Source: Candidatus Bathyarchaeota archaeon (GTDB taxonomy: Archaea > Thermoproteota > Bathyarchaeia > 40CM-2-53-6). Taken from it: DNA of 64,000 bases. Positions within the stretch are counted from its first letter, which is position 1, and the number at the start of each line of letters is the position of its first letter. The position numbers were made by a program, and so were the translations under genes. Below the pieces are notes generated by a model. That model was not told where the DNA came from and made no database searches. It worked only from the letters and a program-made list of their open reading frames with translations. The stretch is from positions 4,626 through 68,625 of the forward strand of contig VBBD01000068.1 in assembly GCA_005882895.1 (NCBI GenBank), read 5' to 3'. Below are positions 37,799 through 47,634 of the stretch, piece by piece.

Positions 37799-38317
37799 AT
37801 GATCGTCTCCCACGAGACCAAGAGGATTTTAGGTATCTCAAGCCTGGTGCTAATACTTCTCCTTCTTCTGGCCAGAGGCCTGCCCTTCCCTTTTCCCGGT
37901 TCACAACCATCAGTATCTCCCCGTATCCGGAATGCGCCGAGTCTAATCTTCAGTGACAATGTTTCGTTCAACGGTCCGGCTCCAACTTTCAATTTGACTC
38001 TGATTCAATTCCACTCCTACATGTGGAAGTTTAACGTCACCGCCGGTTCTGTTAAGATCGATTTGACTGACCCTAAGACCGGTAGTATCTTTTGGACGGT
38101 CGGGCCTAGTTCGTTGGGGGAATGGCACCTGAATGGTACTGGTTCTGTCAGTTTCAACTGGACAGTCCCGGCCTCGACATACTATTCGATGGTTCTCGAA
38201 AACTTGAACATCTCGTCATCCCTATGGTCATCGAGTTGGTTTTCGAGCGGCTCTCCATATTTTTCGTGCGACATACACGTATGGGACTTAGATGCCCTCG
38301 AGGTCCACTTCTTATAG
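37799..38317 (+). CDS. Hypothetical membrane-anchored beta-rich protein
   Basis: N-terminal TM helix; FNWTVPASTYYSMVLEN resembles GOLD/emp24-like domains. Confidence 0.55.
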   Translation: MIVSHETKRILGISSLVLILLLLLARGLPFPFPGSQPSVSPRIRNAPSLIFSDNVSFNGPAPTFNLTLIQFHSYMWKFNVTAGSVKIDLTDPKTGSIFWTVGPSSLGEWHLNGTGSVSFNWTVPASTYYSMVLENLNISSSLWSSSWFSSGSPYFSCDIHVWDLDALEVHFL

Positions 38318-38397
38318 TCTGATGACCTGCGCGGCGGCTCCGGCGAGCGAATAGCTCTATTAGGCTCATTAGCCATTATGAACTTTGGCCGAAGCGT

Positions 38398-39021
38398 TTG
38401 AGCGAGGGTCTTTCCGTCGACCGAGTAATGGATGTGCTCAGGAACTGCTACGATCCCGAGATTCCCGTCAACATTGTTGATCTTGGTCTGGTCTACGGCG
38501 TTGCCATAGACAACGACACGGTGAAGGTTCGAATGACCCTTACGGCCATGGGCTGTCCCGCCAGTGCCTACCTGAGTCATCAAGTCAAGGAACTGATCGA
38601 GAAGATACCGGGCGTCACTCACGCTGATGTCGACATCGTCTGGGACCCGCCTTGGACCCCTGACAAGATGAGTGCGGCAGCTCGAGAACGTCTCCAGGCA
38701 AACCAGGAACCAGTGACGATCGAATTTGACCCCGCCAGTTTCAAGCCTAGAAAGAAGGGGCACATCGCTAGGAACCCTGACGGGACTATTGTCCTGATTA
38801 ATGAGTCGAATTCACGGTATCTGGGGAACGATGACATTGCCAGCCTCTGGGAGAAGAGCGACGGAAGCAAGACCATTGACGAGTTAACGTCAGAACTCGC
38901 GGTGGAAAAGAAGGTCTCGCCCGCTGAGATTCGGATGCAGATACTCGAAGTCGTTACTCAGCTAGTCGCGATCGGATTGATATCTCCTGAGGACTCGATG
39001 GTTCTGCCCCTGCAGCCATAA
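38398..39021 (+). CDS. DUF59/SufT (MIP18) Fe-S assembly domain fused to PqqD/RRE-like domain
   Basis: YDPEIPVNIVDLGLVY, MTLTAMGCP, VWDPPWTPDKMS; C-terminal YLGNDDIASLWEKSDGSKTIDEL...LVAIGLI. Confidence 0.82.
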   Translation: MSEGLSVDRVMDVLRNCYDPEIPVNIVDLGLVYGVAIDNDTVKVRMTLTAMGCPASAYLSHQVKELIEKIPGVTHADVDIVWDPPWTPDKMSAAARERLQANQEPVTIEFDPASFKPRKKGHIARNPDGTIVLINESNSRYLGNDDIASLWEKSDGSKTIDELTSELAVEKKVSPAEIRMQILEVVTQLVAIGLISPEDSMVLPLQP

Positions 39022-39075
39022 ACGATCGACCCAAGCCATATCTGTTCCCGAGGATTCATCCGCCTTCATCGGCAA

Positions 39076-39783
39076 TTGTACGATCGTCTAGCGGAACTCT
39101 ACGATGCCATCTACTCTTTTAAGAGCTACGAGAAGGAGACAGCAAAACTCCACGAGCTCATCCAGCGACACAAGCGGTCACCCGGTAACGAACTGCTCGA
39201 TGTCGCCTGCGGAACGGGCGGCCACATCGCTTACCTGAAAGGAAACTATTCGGTTGAGGGCCTGGATATCAGTGCGCCAATGCTGAGACTAGCTAGGAAG
39301 AAACACCCGAATGTCGTCTTCTATCGTGGTGACATGACTAACTTCAAGATAAGGAAACAATTTGATGTCGTCACCTGCCTGTTCAGCGCCATAGGCCATG
39401 TAAAGACAAAGCGCAGATTGGATCTCGCAGTTCGAAGCATGGCCTGCCACCTCAAGCCCGGCGGGGTATTAGTCGTGGAGCCCTGGCCCACTCCCAAACA
39501 GTACCAAATCGGACGGCTAGGCGCCAACTTTGTAGACGAGCCCAACCTCAAAGTTGCACGGTTCAGCATTAGCAAGGCTCGGGGGAAGCTTTCGGTTCAA
39601 GACCTCCACCACCTAGTAGCTACATCCAATCGCATCGAACATTTTGTGGAAAGATTGGAAATGGGGCTCTTCACTAAAGACGAATATCTAGAAGCGTTTC
39701 GCCAGGCGCGGCTCGAAGTGACGCACGATGAGGAGGGGCTTATGGGAAGAGGTCTCTACTTGGGAATCAGGTCGTTAGTTTAG
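39076..39783 (+). CDS. Class I SAM-dependent methyltransferase
   Basis: LLDVACGTGGH, GLDIS, GDM, FDVVTCLFSAIGH, HLKPGG. Confidence 0.9.
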   Translation: MYDRLAELYDAIYSFKSYEKETAKLHELIQRHKRSPGNELLDVACGTGGHIAYLKGNYSVEGLDISAPMLRLARKKHPNVVFYRGDMTNFKIRKQFDVVTCLFSAIGHVKTKRRLDLAVRSMACHLKPGGVLVVEPWPTPKQYQIGRLGANFVDEPNLKVARFSISKARGKLSVQDLHHLVATSNRIEHFVERLEMGLFTKDEYLEAFRQARLEVTHDEEGLMGRGLYLGIRSLV

Positions 39784-39799
39784 CCTTGGGCCGGAATGT

Positions 39800-40456
39800 C
39801 TAGTGATTTTGAAGCTTCTCGAGCCTCTGACGCGCGGTTATCCCAATCCTGAGTAAGCTTTCAAGTCGTGTCTTATCCATTCCCATCTTGTCAATCTTCT
39901 CAAGAACCCGTAGAAAGGCCTCCATCTCGACAATATTCTTAGCCTCCTTGTCCGCCCTGAACTGAAGTTCCTTAGTGTTTACGAATAGGAAACGCCTCAT
40001 CATCGGCACTTCAAAGGCTATCCACCCTGCCAAGCCTCCAAAAAGCAGCGCAGATTTGTAGACGAACTCATTCACTCTGAAAGACAGGAGAATAACGCCA
40101 ACGAGAAGCAGATTCGCAACGAGATTCTGGAGGAAGAAAGTCAATAGGCGTTTCTTGTCATTCAGTTTTCGGTGGCGGGCGTTCGCCACCAAGCCTTCGT
40201 AAATCAGGGCGGAAGCGATTAGCGGTTTCCATTCATCCGGGGTCAAATGACCCATCATTCGCCTTGGAAGTCGGACGCTATTGTAAAATACAAGGATCCG
40301 ATTCAACGGACTCCAAGATACCTTCTGAGGGTTCAGCTCTGGTACGCCTAGTTGTTGGCAGAGGTCTCGAGCGTAACGGGTAATCGCCTCTTCATCTGAG
40401 GAAAGAGAAGCGCTGCCCAAAGAGCCCATACTACGCTCCCGCAGTCGTCGATTCAT
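39800..40456 (-). CDS. Hypothetical membrane protein (degenerate M48-like architecture)
   Basis: LTPDEWKPLIAS, two TM helices, FRADKEA...RLEKL; no HExxH. Confidence 0.6.
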   Translation of the reverse strand: MNRRLRERSMGSLGSASLSSDEEAITRYARDLCQQLGVPELNPQKVSWSPLNRILVFYNSVRLPRRMMGHLTPDEWKPLIASALIYEGLVANARHRKLNDKKRLLTFFLQNLVANLLLVGVILLSFRVNEFVYKSALLFGGLAGWIAFEVPMMRRFLFVNTKELQFRADKEAKNIVEMEAFLRVLEKIDKMGMDKTRLESLLRIGITARQRLEKLQNH

Positions 40457-41049
40457 TAGAGAAGGATGCCCATTTCTACCTCGTCGTGATAGCGATGGTC
40501 GTCTCCGTAGAAAGTCTCTCTCGCAATCCCTTCCTTCTTGAAGCCGACTTTCTCATAGACCTTGATGGCGCTGTGGTTATCTGCTACGACGGTCAGCCCG
40601 ATCCGATGGAACCCCTGCTCCTTCGCTAGCTCGATCGCTTTCCTCATCATCCTGGTTCCCAGACCTAGGTTCTGAAAATCTTGGTGGACATAGATGAGCA
40701 CCTCCCCGACTCCCTTGCGCCGTTCAAATGGTATTCTGAACAATCGTAGATGTCCAACAATTCTTTCCTCTAGTCGGGCGATTAGAGTGATATTGTTTGT
40801 TAGGTCGGAGTTCCAATACTCTATCCTAGCGCGGTCATAGGGAGGCAGTCCCCACTTGAGGGCCTCTGGCGACATGTTAGCGTACATGGACACGAGTGCT
40901 TCCTTATCTTCGGGACGGTACAATGTGAGAATTATCCTGCGTCCGTCTTTGAGCAGGGCATGCCCTTTAACAGGAATCATATCGCGTCCCACAGACGTGT
41001 GCTCGTATGAGTCCTCCATCCGATAAGAAGTTAAGCACGATTGCCTCAC
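40456..41049 (-). CDS. GNAT family acetyltransferase
   Basis: VHQDFQNLGLGT, NHSAIKVYEKVGFKKEG; true start probably ~40980. Confidence 0.88.
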   Translation of the reverse strand: MRQSCLTSYRMEDSYEHTSVGRDMIPVKGHALLKDGRRIILTLYRPEDKEALVSMYANMSPEALKWGLPPYDRARIEYWNSDLTNNITLIARLEERIVGHLRLFRIPFERRKGVGEVLIYVHQDFQNLGLGTRMMRKAIELAKEQGFHRIGLTVVADNHSAIKVYEKVGFKKEGIARETFYGDDHRYHDEVEMGILL

Positions 41050-41510
41050 TCAGGATTATTCAATTATCAAGCGAGATCGAGCGAATGCCACGACGGCTGA
41101 TGTGGAGTGACCTGGATCGTCCCTTGAAAATCTCCGCTCTGTCAGGCATTTTTTGGGGAAGCGTTGGATTGACCTATGTGACCTACTCAATGCTTTCTGG
41201 CAATCTCTTCTTCTTCCTCGAAGGGACACCCGAATGGTTATCTCTGTCCATCGCGTTGTCGCTATTCCCTATTTGGTTGGCTTTCGCCTCTGCCTTTGGT
41301 TTGATTGTCGCAAACACGGTGCTGCTCCTCTATCCGTTGTTCCTTGTATCCGGAGGTCTTTCACTGTTGGGCTTGTCTATGCAGAGGGAGAGGAGGGGAA
41401 TCTTAGGATTCCTGGTGTTCATGGGGTCGGTTCCATTTCTGCTAGGGCTGTTCTTTGGGGTCCTAACTGTAATAATGAGCCTTGTTGGGATACCAGTGTT
41501 CAGAAACTGA
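41007..41510 (+). CDS. Hypothetical membrane protein
   Basis: About four TM helices; start uncertain. Confidence 0.6.
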   Translation: MSPPSDKKLSTIASLRIIQLSSEIERMPRRLMWSDLDRPLKISALSGIFWGSVGLTYVTYSMLSGNLFFFLEGTPEWLSLSIALSLFPIWLAFASAFGLIVANTVLLLYPLFLVSGGLSLLGLSMQRERRGILGFLVFMGSVPFLLGLFFGVLTVIMSLVGIPVFRN

Positions 41511-41649
41511 GAAAATGATCCTCTGAAGACTCTCCAGACTCGTGAGGATTTGGCGGGGGCCGAGGTGCCTTGCCTCAGTCGAAGGAAATATTTTGCGTGA
41601 TGCATGGTTTATCCGATCCTTTCCCTGCGCCGGAGCTCTAAGCGAGGCG

Positions 41650-42588
41650 TTGGCTCTGCCCGTGTTGACACTGCGACTGCGCATCGCACTTGCGTTCCTC
41701 TCGATCTACACGATTTGGGGCTCCACCTACCTGGCCATACGGTTCGCAATCGAAACACTTCCGCCGTTTCTGATGGCCGCAATTCGATTTCTAATTGCGG
41801 GAGGAGTGCTCTACGCTTGGATGCGTTTGAGAGGGGCCCCGCCTCCAACATGGGCAAATTGGAAGGCCGCGACCATCGTCGGGGGATTACTCTTGCTCGG
41901 CGGAAACGGTGGGGTGACGAAGGCCGAACTGGTGATTCCGTCCAGCTTGGCTGCGGTATTGATCACGACTGTTCCAATCTGGATGGCTCTTTTGGAGCTG
42001 TTGCGAAAGGACCGCATAGTCCCAACTCTACATGTCGTTATTGGTCTAGTTCTGGGCCTCGGAGGAGTTGTTCTGCTGGTAGGACCGGGTGACCTCGGTG
42101 GTAGTGGTGGGTTGAATCCTCTCTGGGCTGGAGTTCTGATATTCGCCGCGCTCTCATGGGCAATCGGTTCAGTCTATTCTAGAAACGCACCTCTCCCAAG
42201 GACGCCGTTGCTAGGTAGTGGAATGGAGATGTTAGCCGGCGGAGCTCTCCTCCTCTTGGTCTCGTTAGTCTCCCTAGAGTGGGTTGGTTTTCAGCCCGGT
42301 AACGTATCGTTTCTATCTCTTGTCTCGTTCATCTATTTGATAGTATTCGGTTCCCTGATAGGCTTCTCATCCTACGTCTGGCTCCTAACAAAGACGACAA
42401 CTGCAAGAGTCTCCACTTACGCTTACGTCAACCCGGTCGTTGCCGTCTTCCTTGGCTACTTCCTGGCGGGCGAACAGTTGACGCTTCGGACGCTCCTCGC
42501 TTCCTCGGTGATAGTCATCGCGGTAGTTGTGATTACGACCTTCAAATCAAGACGGACTGGTCCAGACTACGATTCATCGCCGAGTTGA
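41650..42588 (+). CDS. EamA/DMT transporter (YedA-like)
   Basis: IYTIWGSTYLAIR, PPFLMAAIRF, STYAYVNPVVAV; start adjusted from 41542. Confidence 0.9.
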   Translation: MALPVLTLRLRIALAFLSIYTIWGSTYLAIRFAIETLPPFLMAAIRFLIAGGVLYAWMRLRGAPPPTWANWKAATIVGGLLLLGGNGGVTKAELVIPSSLAAVLITTVPIWMALLELLRKDRIVPTLHVVIGLVLGLGGVVLLVGPGDLGGSGGLNPLWAGVLIFAALSWAIGSVYSRNAPLPRTPLLGSGMEMLAGGALLLLVSLVSLEWVGFQPGNVSFLSLVSFIYLIVFGSLIGFSSYVWLLTKTTTARVSTYAYVNPVVAVFLGYFLAGEQLTLRTLLASSVIVIAVVVITTFKSRRTGPDYDSSPS

Positions 42589-42654
42589 TCCCTGTTTCTC
42601 TAACAAGTCCTCAAAGAAGACCCTTATTCTCTCATACAGGACCATGAGTGGTTT

Positions 42655-43257
42655 GTGAGCCACGCAGTGAAGGTTGAAGTTCGAGAGCTATCACCGGAAC
42701 TGCTCGATGACTACCTCCGGTTCTTTGACAAGGACGCCTTCACCGATTTTCCAGAATGGTCCGGGTGCTACTGCGGATTCTACGACACGCCCGGGGATAA
42801 TTGGGACTCAACCGCCAAAGCTGGGCCTGCTCATCGAGAAGCTCGGGCCGAACGAATCAGATCAGGCAGAGCCCACGGCTTGCTAGCCATCGCAGGTGGA
42901 AGAGTGGTTGGTTGGTGCAACGCACAGTCTCGGTCTAACTTCCTAAACATGCGGAGGTATGCTACCGTCGTAGACGATCCCTCCGAGCCAGTCGGCTCGA
43001 TCATGTGCTTTCTCGTAGCCCCCGGACATCGAGGAAAGGGTGTAGGCACAGCACTCCTGAACGCTGCTTGCGATAAGTTCCGCCGAGACAAGTTACACGT
43101 CGCAGAGGGTTATCCTACAACCAACCCTGTCAAGCGAGCTTGGGAGACTCCTTGGGCCGAAGAGAATTACAAGGGACCCTTGAGTATGTATCTCAAAGCT
43201 AGCTTCAAGATCCATCGCCAGCTAGAACGCTTTGCAATTGTAAGAAAGCAGCTCTGA
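42655..43257 (+). CDS. GNAT family acetyltransferase
   Basis: WSGCYC, VVGWCNA, CFLVAPGHRGKGVG, AEGYP. Confidence 0.88.
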   Translation: MSHAVKVEVRELSPELLDDYLRFFDKDAFTDFPEWSGCYCGFYDTPGDNWDSTAKAGPAHREARAERIRSGRAHGLLAIAGGRVVGWCNAQSRSNFLNMRRYATVVDDPSEPVGSIMCFLVAPGHRGKGVGTALLNAACDKFRRDKLHVAEGYPTTNPVKRAWETPWAEENYKGPLSMYLKASFKIHRQLERFAIVRKQL

Positions 43258-43260
43258 GCC

Positions 43261-43824
43261 TTACAGTTCACTGGCCATCACTATACTATCAATGAACTTG
43301 CCATTCCTTAGCATCTTCTTCGGTATCCTCCCTGCCTCTTTGAAGCCAGTTTTCTCGTACACGTGAATCGCGCGTTGGTTGTTCGCGAAAACCTCCAATT
43401 CGATGGTTTTTAGTCCGGCTTTCCGAGATTCCTTGACCAGTGTGCGCATCATCTCCAAGCCCAGTCCCTGATCCCTATGTTTCCTTGAGATTGCTATCCC
43501 AAGGTATCCATGATGCTTTGTGTCCTCGTAAGACCCTCTCGTCACTGAACCGTTTCCCGCTAATCTTCCACCTAATTCCGCGACAACGCTTACGATGCTC
43601 CCCCTTTCGATTCCAGTTAGCTGGTTGGCGAGCCACTTCGCCTCTTCCTCGCGTGTCTGTTTTCTGTCAGCGATTATTCCGAGGTTTGGCTCAGTATTCT
43701 TTTCACCGACCAGATCGTTGATGAAAGCTACGCAATCGTCTAGGTCTTCCCACTTCAACGCTCGCAGAGTCACGCCCTCCCCGTTGGACGCTTTGAAACG
43801 TCGGTAGATTCTGCCCGTTTTCAT
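43261..43824 (-). CDS. GNAT family acetyltransferase (RimL-like)
   Basis: HRDQGLG, LEVFANNQRAIHVYEKTGF; start ATG 43824. Confidence 0.88.
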   Translation of the reverse strand: MKTGRIYRRFKASNGEGVTLRALKWEDLDDCVAFINDLVGEKNTEPNLGIIADRKQTREEEAKWLANQLTGIERGSIVSVVAELGGRLAGNGSVTRGSYEDTKHHGYLGIAISRKHRDQGLGLEMMRTLVKESRKAGLKTIELEVFANNQRAIHVYEKTGFKEAGRIPKKMLRNGKFIDSIVMASEL

Positions 43825-43843
43825 GCTCGGTCTGGGCGCTTTT

Positions 43844-45163
43844 CTATTCCACCGTCCACGTGGATCCCTTGATAGGCTGGTGCACCTTGCAGAGGTCTTT
43901 GATGAAGAGTTCGTAGAGGTGCGGCTGCTCTGTATGGATCGGGACAAGTGTCTTGGGACTGATCTTTGCGATCGTCTCTCGCAGTTCCGTGGGCATCATG
44001 TGTCCCGAGCTATGAATCTGGTACATTGGCAGTCCGAAATGGTTGAGCCAGTTGACAAAGCGTTCACGGTCGATCTCCATCTCCTCGTTGAACGGTTCCG
44101 AGCTACTGTTGATGAACGCCCCACCTGCGTCAGGCTTGATGTCCAAGACCTCGTTCATGTCATATGAGCTAGCAGCTAGAATGAACTTTCCCTGCGTCTC
44201 TTTCACGTCTTTCGAAGTCTTCACCGTGCTATTCTTCATGACTTCCTTTTCCCAGTTGTAGTAGGTCTTCTTCGATCGCTGGTAGACGACGATGCTTGGA
44301 TCGTGAGAGACATTTGGAATGGTCAGGTGTCTGTCTTTGACCAGTGCTTGGAGAAGATAGGCCTGCCTCAACGAGACCGCTAGGACCCTATTGTTCTTCT
44401 TAGCAATCTCGTAAAACGTTCTCAACCTGTCCACATCTGCGGTCGAAAAATTTGCGAGAACCAGCCCATTCGTTTTCCGAACCACATGGTCAACTTTGTC
44501 AACTACTTCTGCTTCAGATTGCAGGTCACCCCGAACGAGGTTCGTACCTTCGCAGAGAAACAGCTCTGGATTCGACTGCTCCGATTTCTCCGAAAAATCC
44601 TGTGTCATGTCGGACCTCGGCCCGTGGGCTCTGAAGTCACCGCTGTAAGCTAGGGTCCCTATCGACGTGTGAACTATGAAACCATAAGATCCGGGCATAC
44701 TATGGTCTACGTGAACCGGCTCCACCTCTATTCCTCCCATTTTCAACCGGTCCCCAGTTCGGAAAGTCTTGAACTGGATCCCATCAAGATCGTTCTCGAA
44801 GCCCCCAGGACGAGCTGTCGACAAAGCCTCCAGAATTATTTTCGTTGTCTCGCCGCAGTAAACCGGTATCTGTCGGTTGAGGAGGGAGATGGACATTGAA
44901 TGGTCGATGTGGGCGTGGCTAAGGAACACAGCGTCAGCAGGCACTTCCCCTTCTCCCTTGTAGAGACCAGCGACGTCGGGGATGATTCCGAGACTGATTA
45001 GACCGCTCTCGTTTCTGGGTGACAGGAAGGGTTCGGAGAAGAATCGTCCTCTTTCTCCCAAGCTCATGCCGAAATCAAGCATGATCTTCGAGTCTCCGTC
45101 ACGGACGAGGATCATGTTTCCTCCGATCTCGCCGGCTCCGCCGTAGAAAGTGATCTCGACCAT
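43844..45163 (-). CDS. MBL-fold metallo-hydrolase, RNase J-like (beta-CASP)
   Basis: GGAGEIGGN, LDFG, SHAHIDH, VDHS, SGDFRAHG, CEGT, HSSGH, PIHTE; start ATG 45163. Confidence 0.88.
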   Translation of the reverse strand: MVEITFYGGAGEIGGNMILVRDGDSKIMLDFGMSLGERGRFFSEPFLSPRNESGLISLGIIPDVAGLYKGEGEVPADAVFLSHAHIDHSMSISLLNRQIPVYCGETTKIILEALSTARPGGFENDLDGIQFKTFRTGDRLKMGGIEVEPVHVDHSMPGSYGFIVHTSIGTLAYSGDFRAHGPRSDMTQDFSEKSEQSNPELFLCEGTNLVRGDLQSEAEVVDKVDHVVRKTNGLVLANFSTADVDRLRTFYEIAKKNNRVLAVSLRQAYLLQALVKDRHLTIPNVSHDPSIVVYQRSKKTYYNWEKEVMKNSTVKTSKDVKETQGKFILAASSYDMNEVLDIKPDAGGAFINSSSEPFNEEMEIDRERFVNWLNHFGLPMYQIHSSGHMMPTELRETIAKISPKTLVPIHTEQPHLYELFIKDLCKVHQPIKGSTWTVE

Positions 45164-45210
45164 GAAAGTGCTAACCTCGGTCTGTGTCCTATTCTTCTGA
45201 TTATAGAGCT

Positions 45211-45546
45211 TCAGACGTTTCTTCGCGGATGGGCTTGGACCTGGAGGAGATAACGGGGTCCGCTTTTCGAATCCTTCCGAATCGTAACTCTGTCTCCTGA
45301 CTTCAACGCTTTGACCCTGATGAAAAAATGTGAGTGGGGAAACTCGGGCCCTCTGCAAGAGCAGGGATAGGACTCGACCATGGCTCTTCGCGAACGGCCG
45401 TTCTGTATCATCTGGAATCTCCGGCCCAACGTCGGGAAGAAGGAGAGCCGGTCTTTCAGGACAATCACATAACCACCCTGTTCCTCTTCTGAGGTGATCT
45501 TCTTCGAGTATACGTCCTTCATCCTCATCCTGTTAGATCCTTCCAA
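45211..45546 (-). CDS. Hypothetical protein
   Basis: 111-aa ORF with CSC...HSH, upstream of and co-oriented with the MBL gene. Confidence 0.6.
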   Translation of the reverse strand: MEGSNRMRMKDVYSKKITSEEEQGGYVIVLKDRLSFFPTLGRRFQMIQNGRSRRAMVESYPCSCRGPEFPHSHFFIRVKALKSGDRVTIRKDSKSGPRYLLQVQAHPRRNV

Positions 45547-45671
45547 CCACGGTTACCCGAGATTACGATTCCGCTCAGAAGAAACTTTCTCTCCTCGCGA
45601 GTTCACCTCCAAGTGTCCCGCCAAATAGCTTTTCAACCCCCAGCCTAATAGAACGTGATCGATCTGGCATC

Positions 45672-46370
45672 TTGGTCGATCTGATTGGATGGGTAATCGG
45701 CTTCTTGTCCACCCACCCTTCGGGTCTTCTCGCCACGCTATTATTCGTCTTTGTTGTCAGTATTGCCGGTAATCTCATCCCCTTCTTTCCGACACCCTAC
45801 CTTGTCGTAGTAATCGGGGTCGTTCTGGATGAAAGCTATCTTGGAATCATACAGATCGCAGCCATCGCGGCCCTTGGAGCGGCCACCGGAAAACTTGTCA
45901 GCTATGCTCTCGGATACGGGGCTCGACGAGCGATTCGTAAACAGGAGAGGTTTGACTCTCTCCGAAAACTCTTGGGCGGAAGCACTTTCCTGGTAGGAGT
46001 CCTCTTCGCAGCCTCTCCACTAGTTGACGCGGCTTTCATTCCCATGGGAATTATTCGATACAGCCCTCTGAAATCCTACCTAGCTCTCTACACTGGAAAA
46101 TTCGTCTGGATTCTGTCTGTCCTCTACGTCGCAAGGCAATTGAGGCAACCGGTCGACCAGTTCTTTGGAGAAAACGTCTACGCATCAATCGTGTCAGCTG
46201 CACTAGTCATCTCCACCGCGTACCTCATCATCAGAGTTGACTGGGAGAAGAGGCTGCTGGGACACAAGGATAGTCTTCGAAGCAGACTACTGGGCAGGCT
46301 TCGAAACCTTTTCTCAAGGGGGCAAAGAAGCGATGCACAAAGACCCGCGCAACGAGACCCAGCCACATAG
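45672..46370 (+). CDS. DedA/VTT (SNARE-associated) membrane protein
   Basis: IPFFPTPY, GAATGKLVSYALG, FAASPL..IPMG. Confidence 0.85.
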   Translation: MVDLIGWVIGFLSTHPSGLLATLLFVFVVSIAGNLIPFFPTPYLVVVIGVVLDESYLGIIQIAAIAALGAATGKLVSYALGYGARRAIRKQERFDSLRKLLGGSTFLVGVLFAASPLVDAAFIPMGIIRYSPLKSYLALYTGKFVWILSVLYVARQLRQPVDQFFGENVYASIVSAALVISTAYLIIRVDWEKRLLGHKDSLRSRLLGRLRNLFSRGQRSDAQRPAQRDPAT

Positions 46371-46674
46371 GATTCTGAGGAAGTTGAACTGACTTACCCA
46401 AAGGTATCCGAGTCTTCGGACTGCAACAATACTCGCGCTGATCATTCTTTCATATGATCTGGCTGTTTCAGGATACAACGCGCTTGCTAGCCGGTCCCAG
46501 ACCAAACCTAATGGTACTATTGCATCTCTGACGCTCGTGAGGCCTCGAACAAGTTAAGGGAATTTTCGTTGAGCCCTCACTGTTTTCCGCAAGGCAATTT
46601 AGGCAGGACCATCGCCCGAATCTCGGGAAACGCCTCTGGGCACTGCAACCAAGCCTGATCGCCTCCGCAATATA

Positions 46675-47217
46675 TTGCAGGCTTTAGACATCGATGAGGC
46701 CAAGGGAATAATCACCGCCTACAACGAACGGTTCCTCTTCATCCCCGTCGCTTTGATTCACTCAATCGAGGACAGATTGACTGAGAGTTTCGGACCGATC
46801 ACCGCCACTAGCTTCCAGTACAGTATCGGAAAGCAAGGTGGGGCAAAGTACATGAGCATGGCGAAAAAATCCGGCCTGGATATCAAGAGTCAAGGCGATA
46901 TCCAGAAGATTGCCGAGCGCCTAGGCACGCTCGGCGGATGGGGAAAACTTACGATCGTCGATGTTGACCTCGCGAAAAAAATGGCGAGAATACGATGGAC
47001 TAATGGAGTCTCAGTGAGGAACAGAAAGGGCAAGACCCCGGTCTGCCATTTCGGCCGTGGGATTCTCACCGGCGCAATGGAGCAGACGTTCGGCAGAAAA
47101 TGCGAGTCGCTCGAAGTCTCCTGTCAAGGCAAAGGGGATCGGGTCTGCGAGGCGATAATCGGTGAACCCGCCGAGATTACTCGACTTGCAGAACAGTCGA
47201 AGAGAGTATCAGATTAG
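46675..47217 (+). CDS. V4R (4-vinyl reductase) domain protein
   Basis: GGWGK, VCHFGRGILTG, EVSCQGKGDRVCE. Confidence 0.85.
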   Translation: MQALDIDEAKGIITAYNERFLFIPVALIHSIEDRLTESFGPITATSFQYSIGKQGGAKYMSMAKKSGLDIKSQGDIQKIAERLGTLGGWGKLTIVDVDLAKKMARIRWTNGVSVRNRKGKTPVCHFGRGILTGAMEQTFGRKCESLEVSCQGKGDRVCEAIIGEPAEITRLAEQSKRVSD

Positions 47218-47537
47218 TGGTTCGAGTTCGAGACCGAAGATCTCAGCAGTTTGTCTATTCCGTAGAAGGATTGGTCGCGATACTTCTCTCCCTGGTCTGT
47301 AATTCTATAGACTCTTCTGCTTCTTCGTGTTGGCGACATCCATTCGCCTGCGACTAGTCTGCGCTCTTCCAGTTCGTAGAGAAGAGGGTAAAGTGTGCCT
47401 GCGCCGATGTGGGCGCCAGTCTTAGTCTTCAGTTCTCGCATGATCTCGTATCCGTGCTTTCCGCCGTTGTCAAGGAGGGATAGCACGAAGAGGTCTAGAA
47501 AGCTCTTCACCATTCGCTCGTTGACGGCTCGGGTCAT
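47214..47537 (-). CDS. PadR family transcriptional regulator
   Basis: HGYEIM, GTLYPLLYELE, RRVYRITDQG. Confidence 0.92.
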   Translation of the reverse strand: MTRAVNERMVKSFLDLFVLSLLDNGGKHGYEIMRELKTKTGAHIGAGTLYPLLYELEERRLVAGEWMSPTRRSRRVYRITDQGEKYRDQSFYGIDKLLRSSVSNSNH

Positions 47538-47552
47538 ACTTTCACGGGGAAC

Positions 47553-47587
47553 TATCGAAGTACGATATTATCGAGTTTCAATATAAG
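47553..47587 (-). promoter_or_regulatory. Tandem inverted repeats (TATCG-N5-C[G/A]ATA x2) and TATA box upstream of padR
   Basis: tatcgaagtacgata (47553-47567), tatcgagtttcaata (47569-47583); CTTATAT on the minus strand at 47581-47587. Confidence 0.55.
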
Positions 47588-47634
47588 CACGCCTCTTAAC
47601 AGGCTATCGCGTCCCGCGTTTTCCCTGTACAGAG

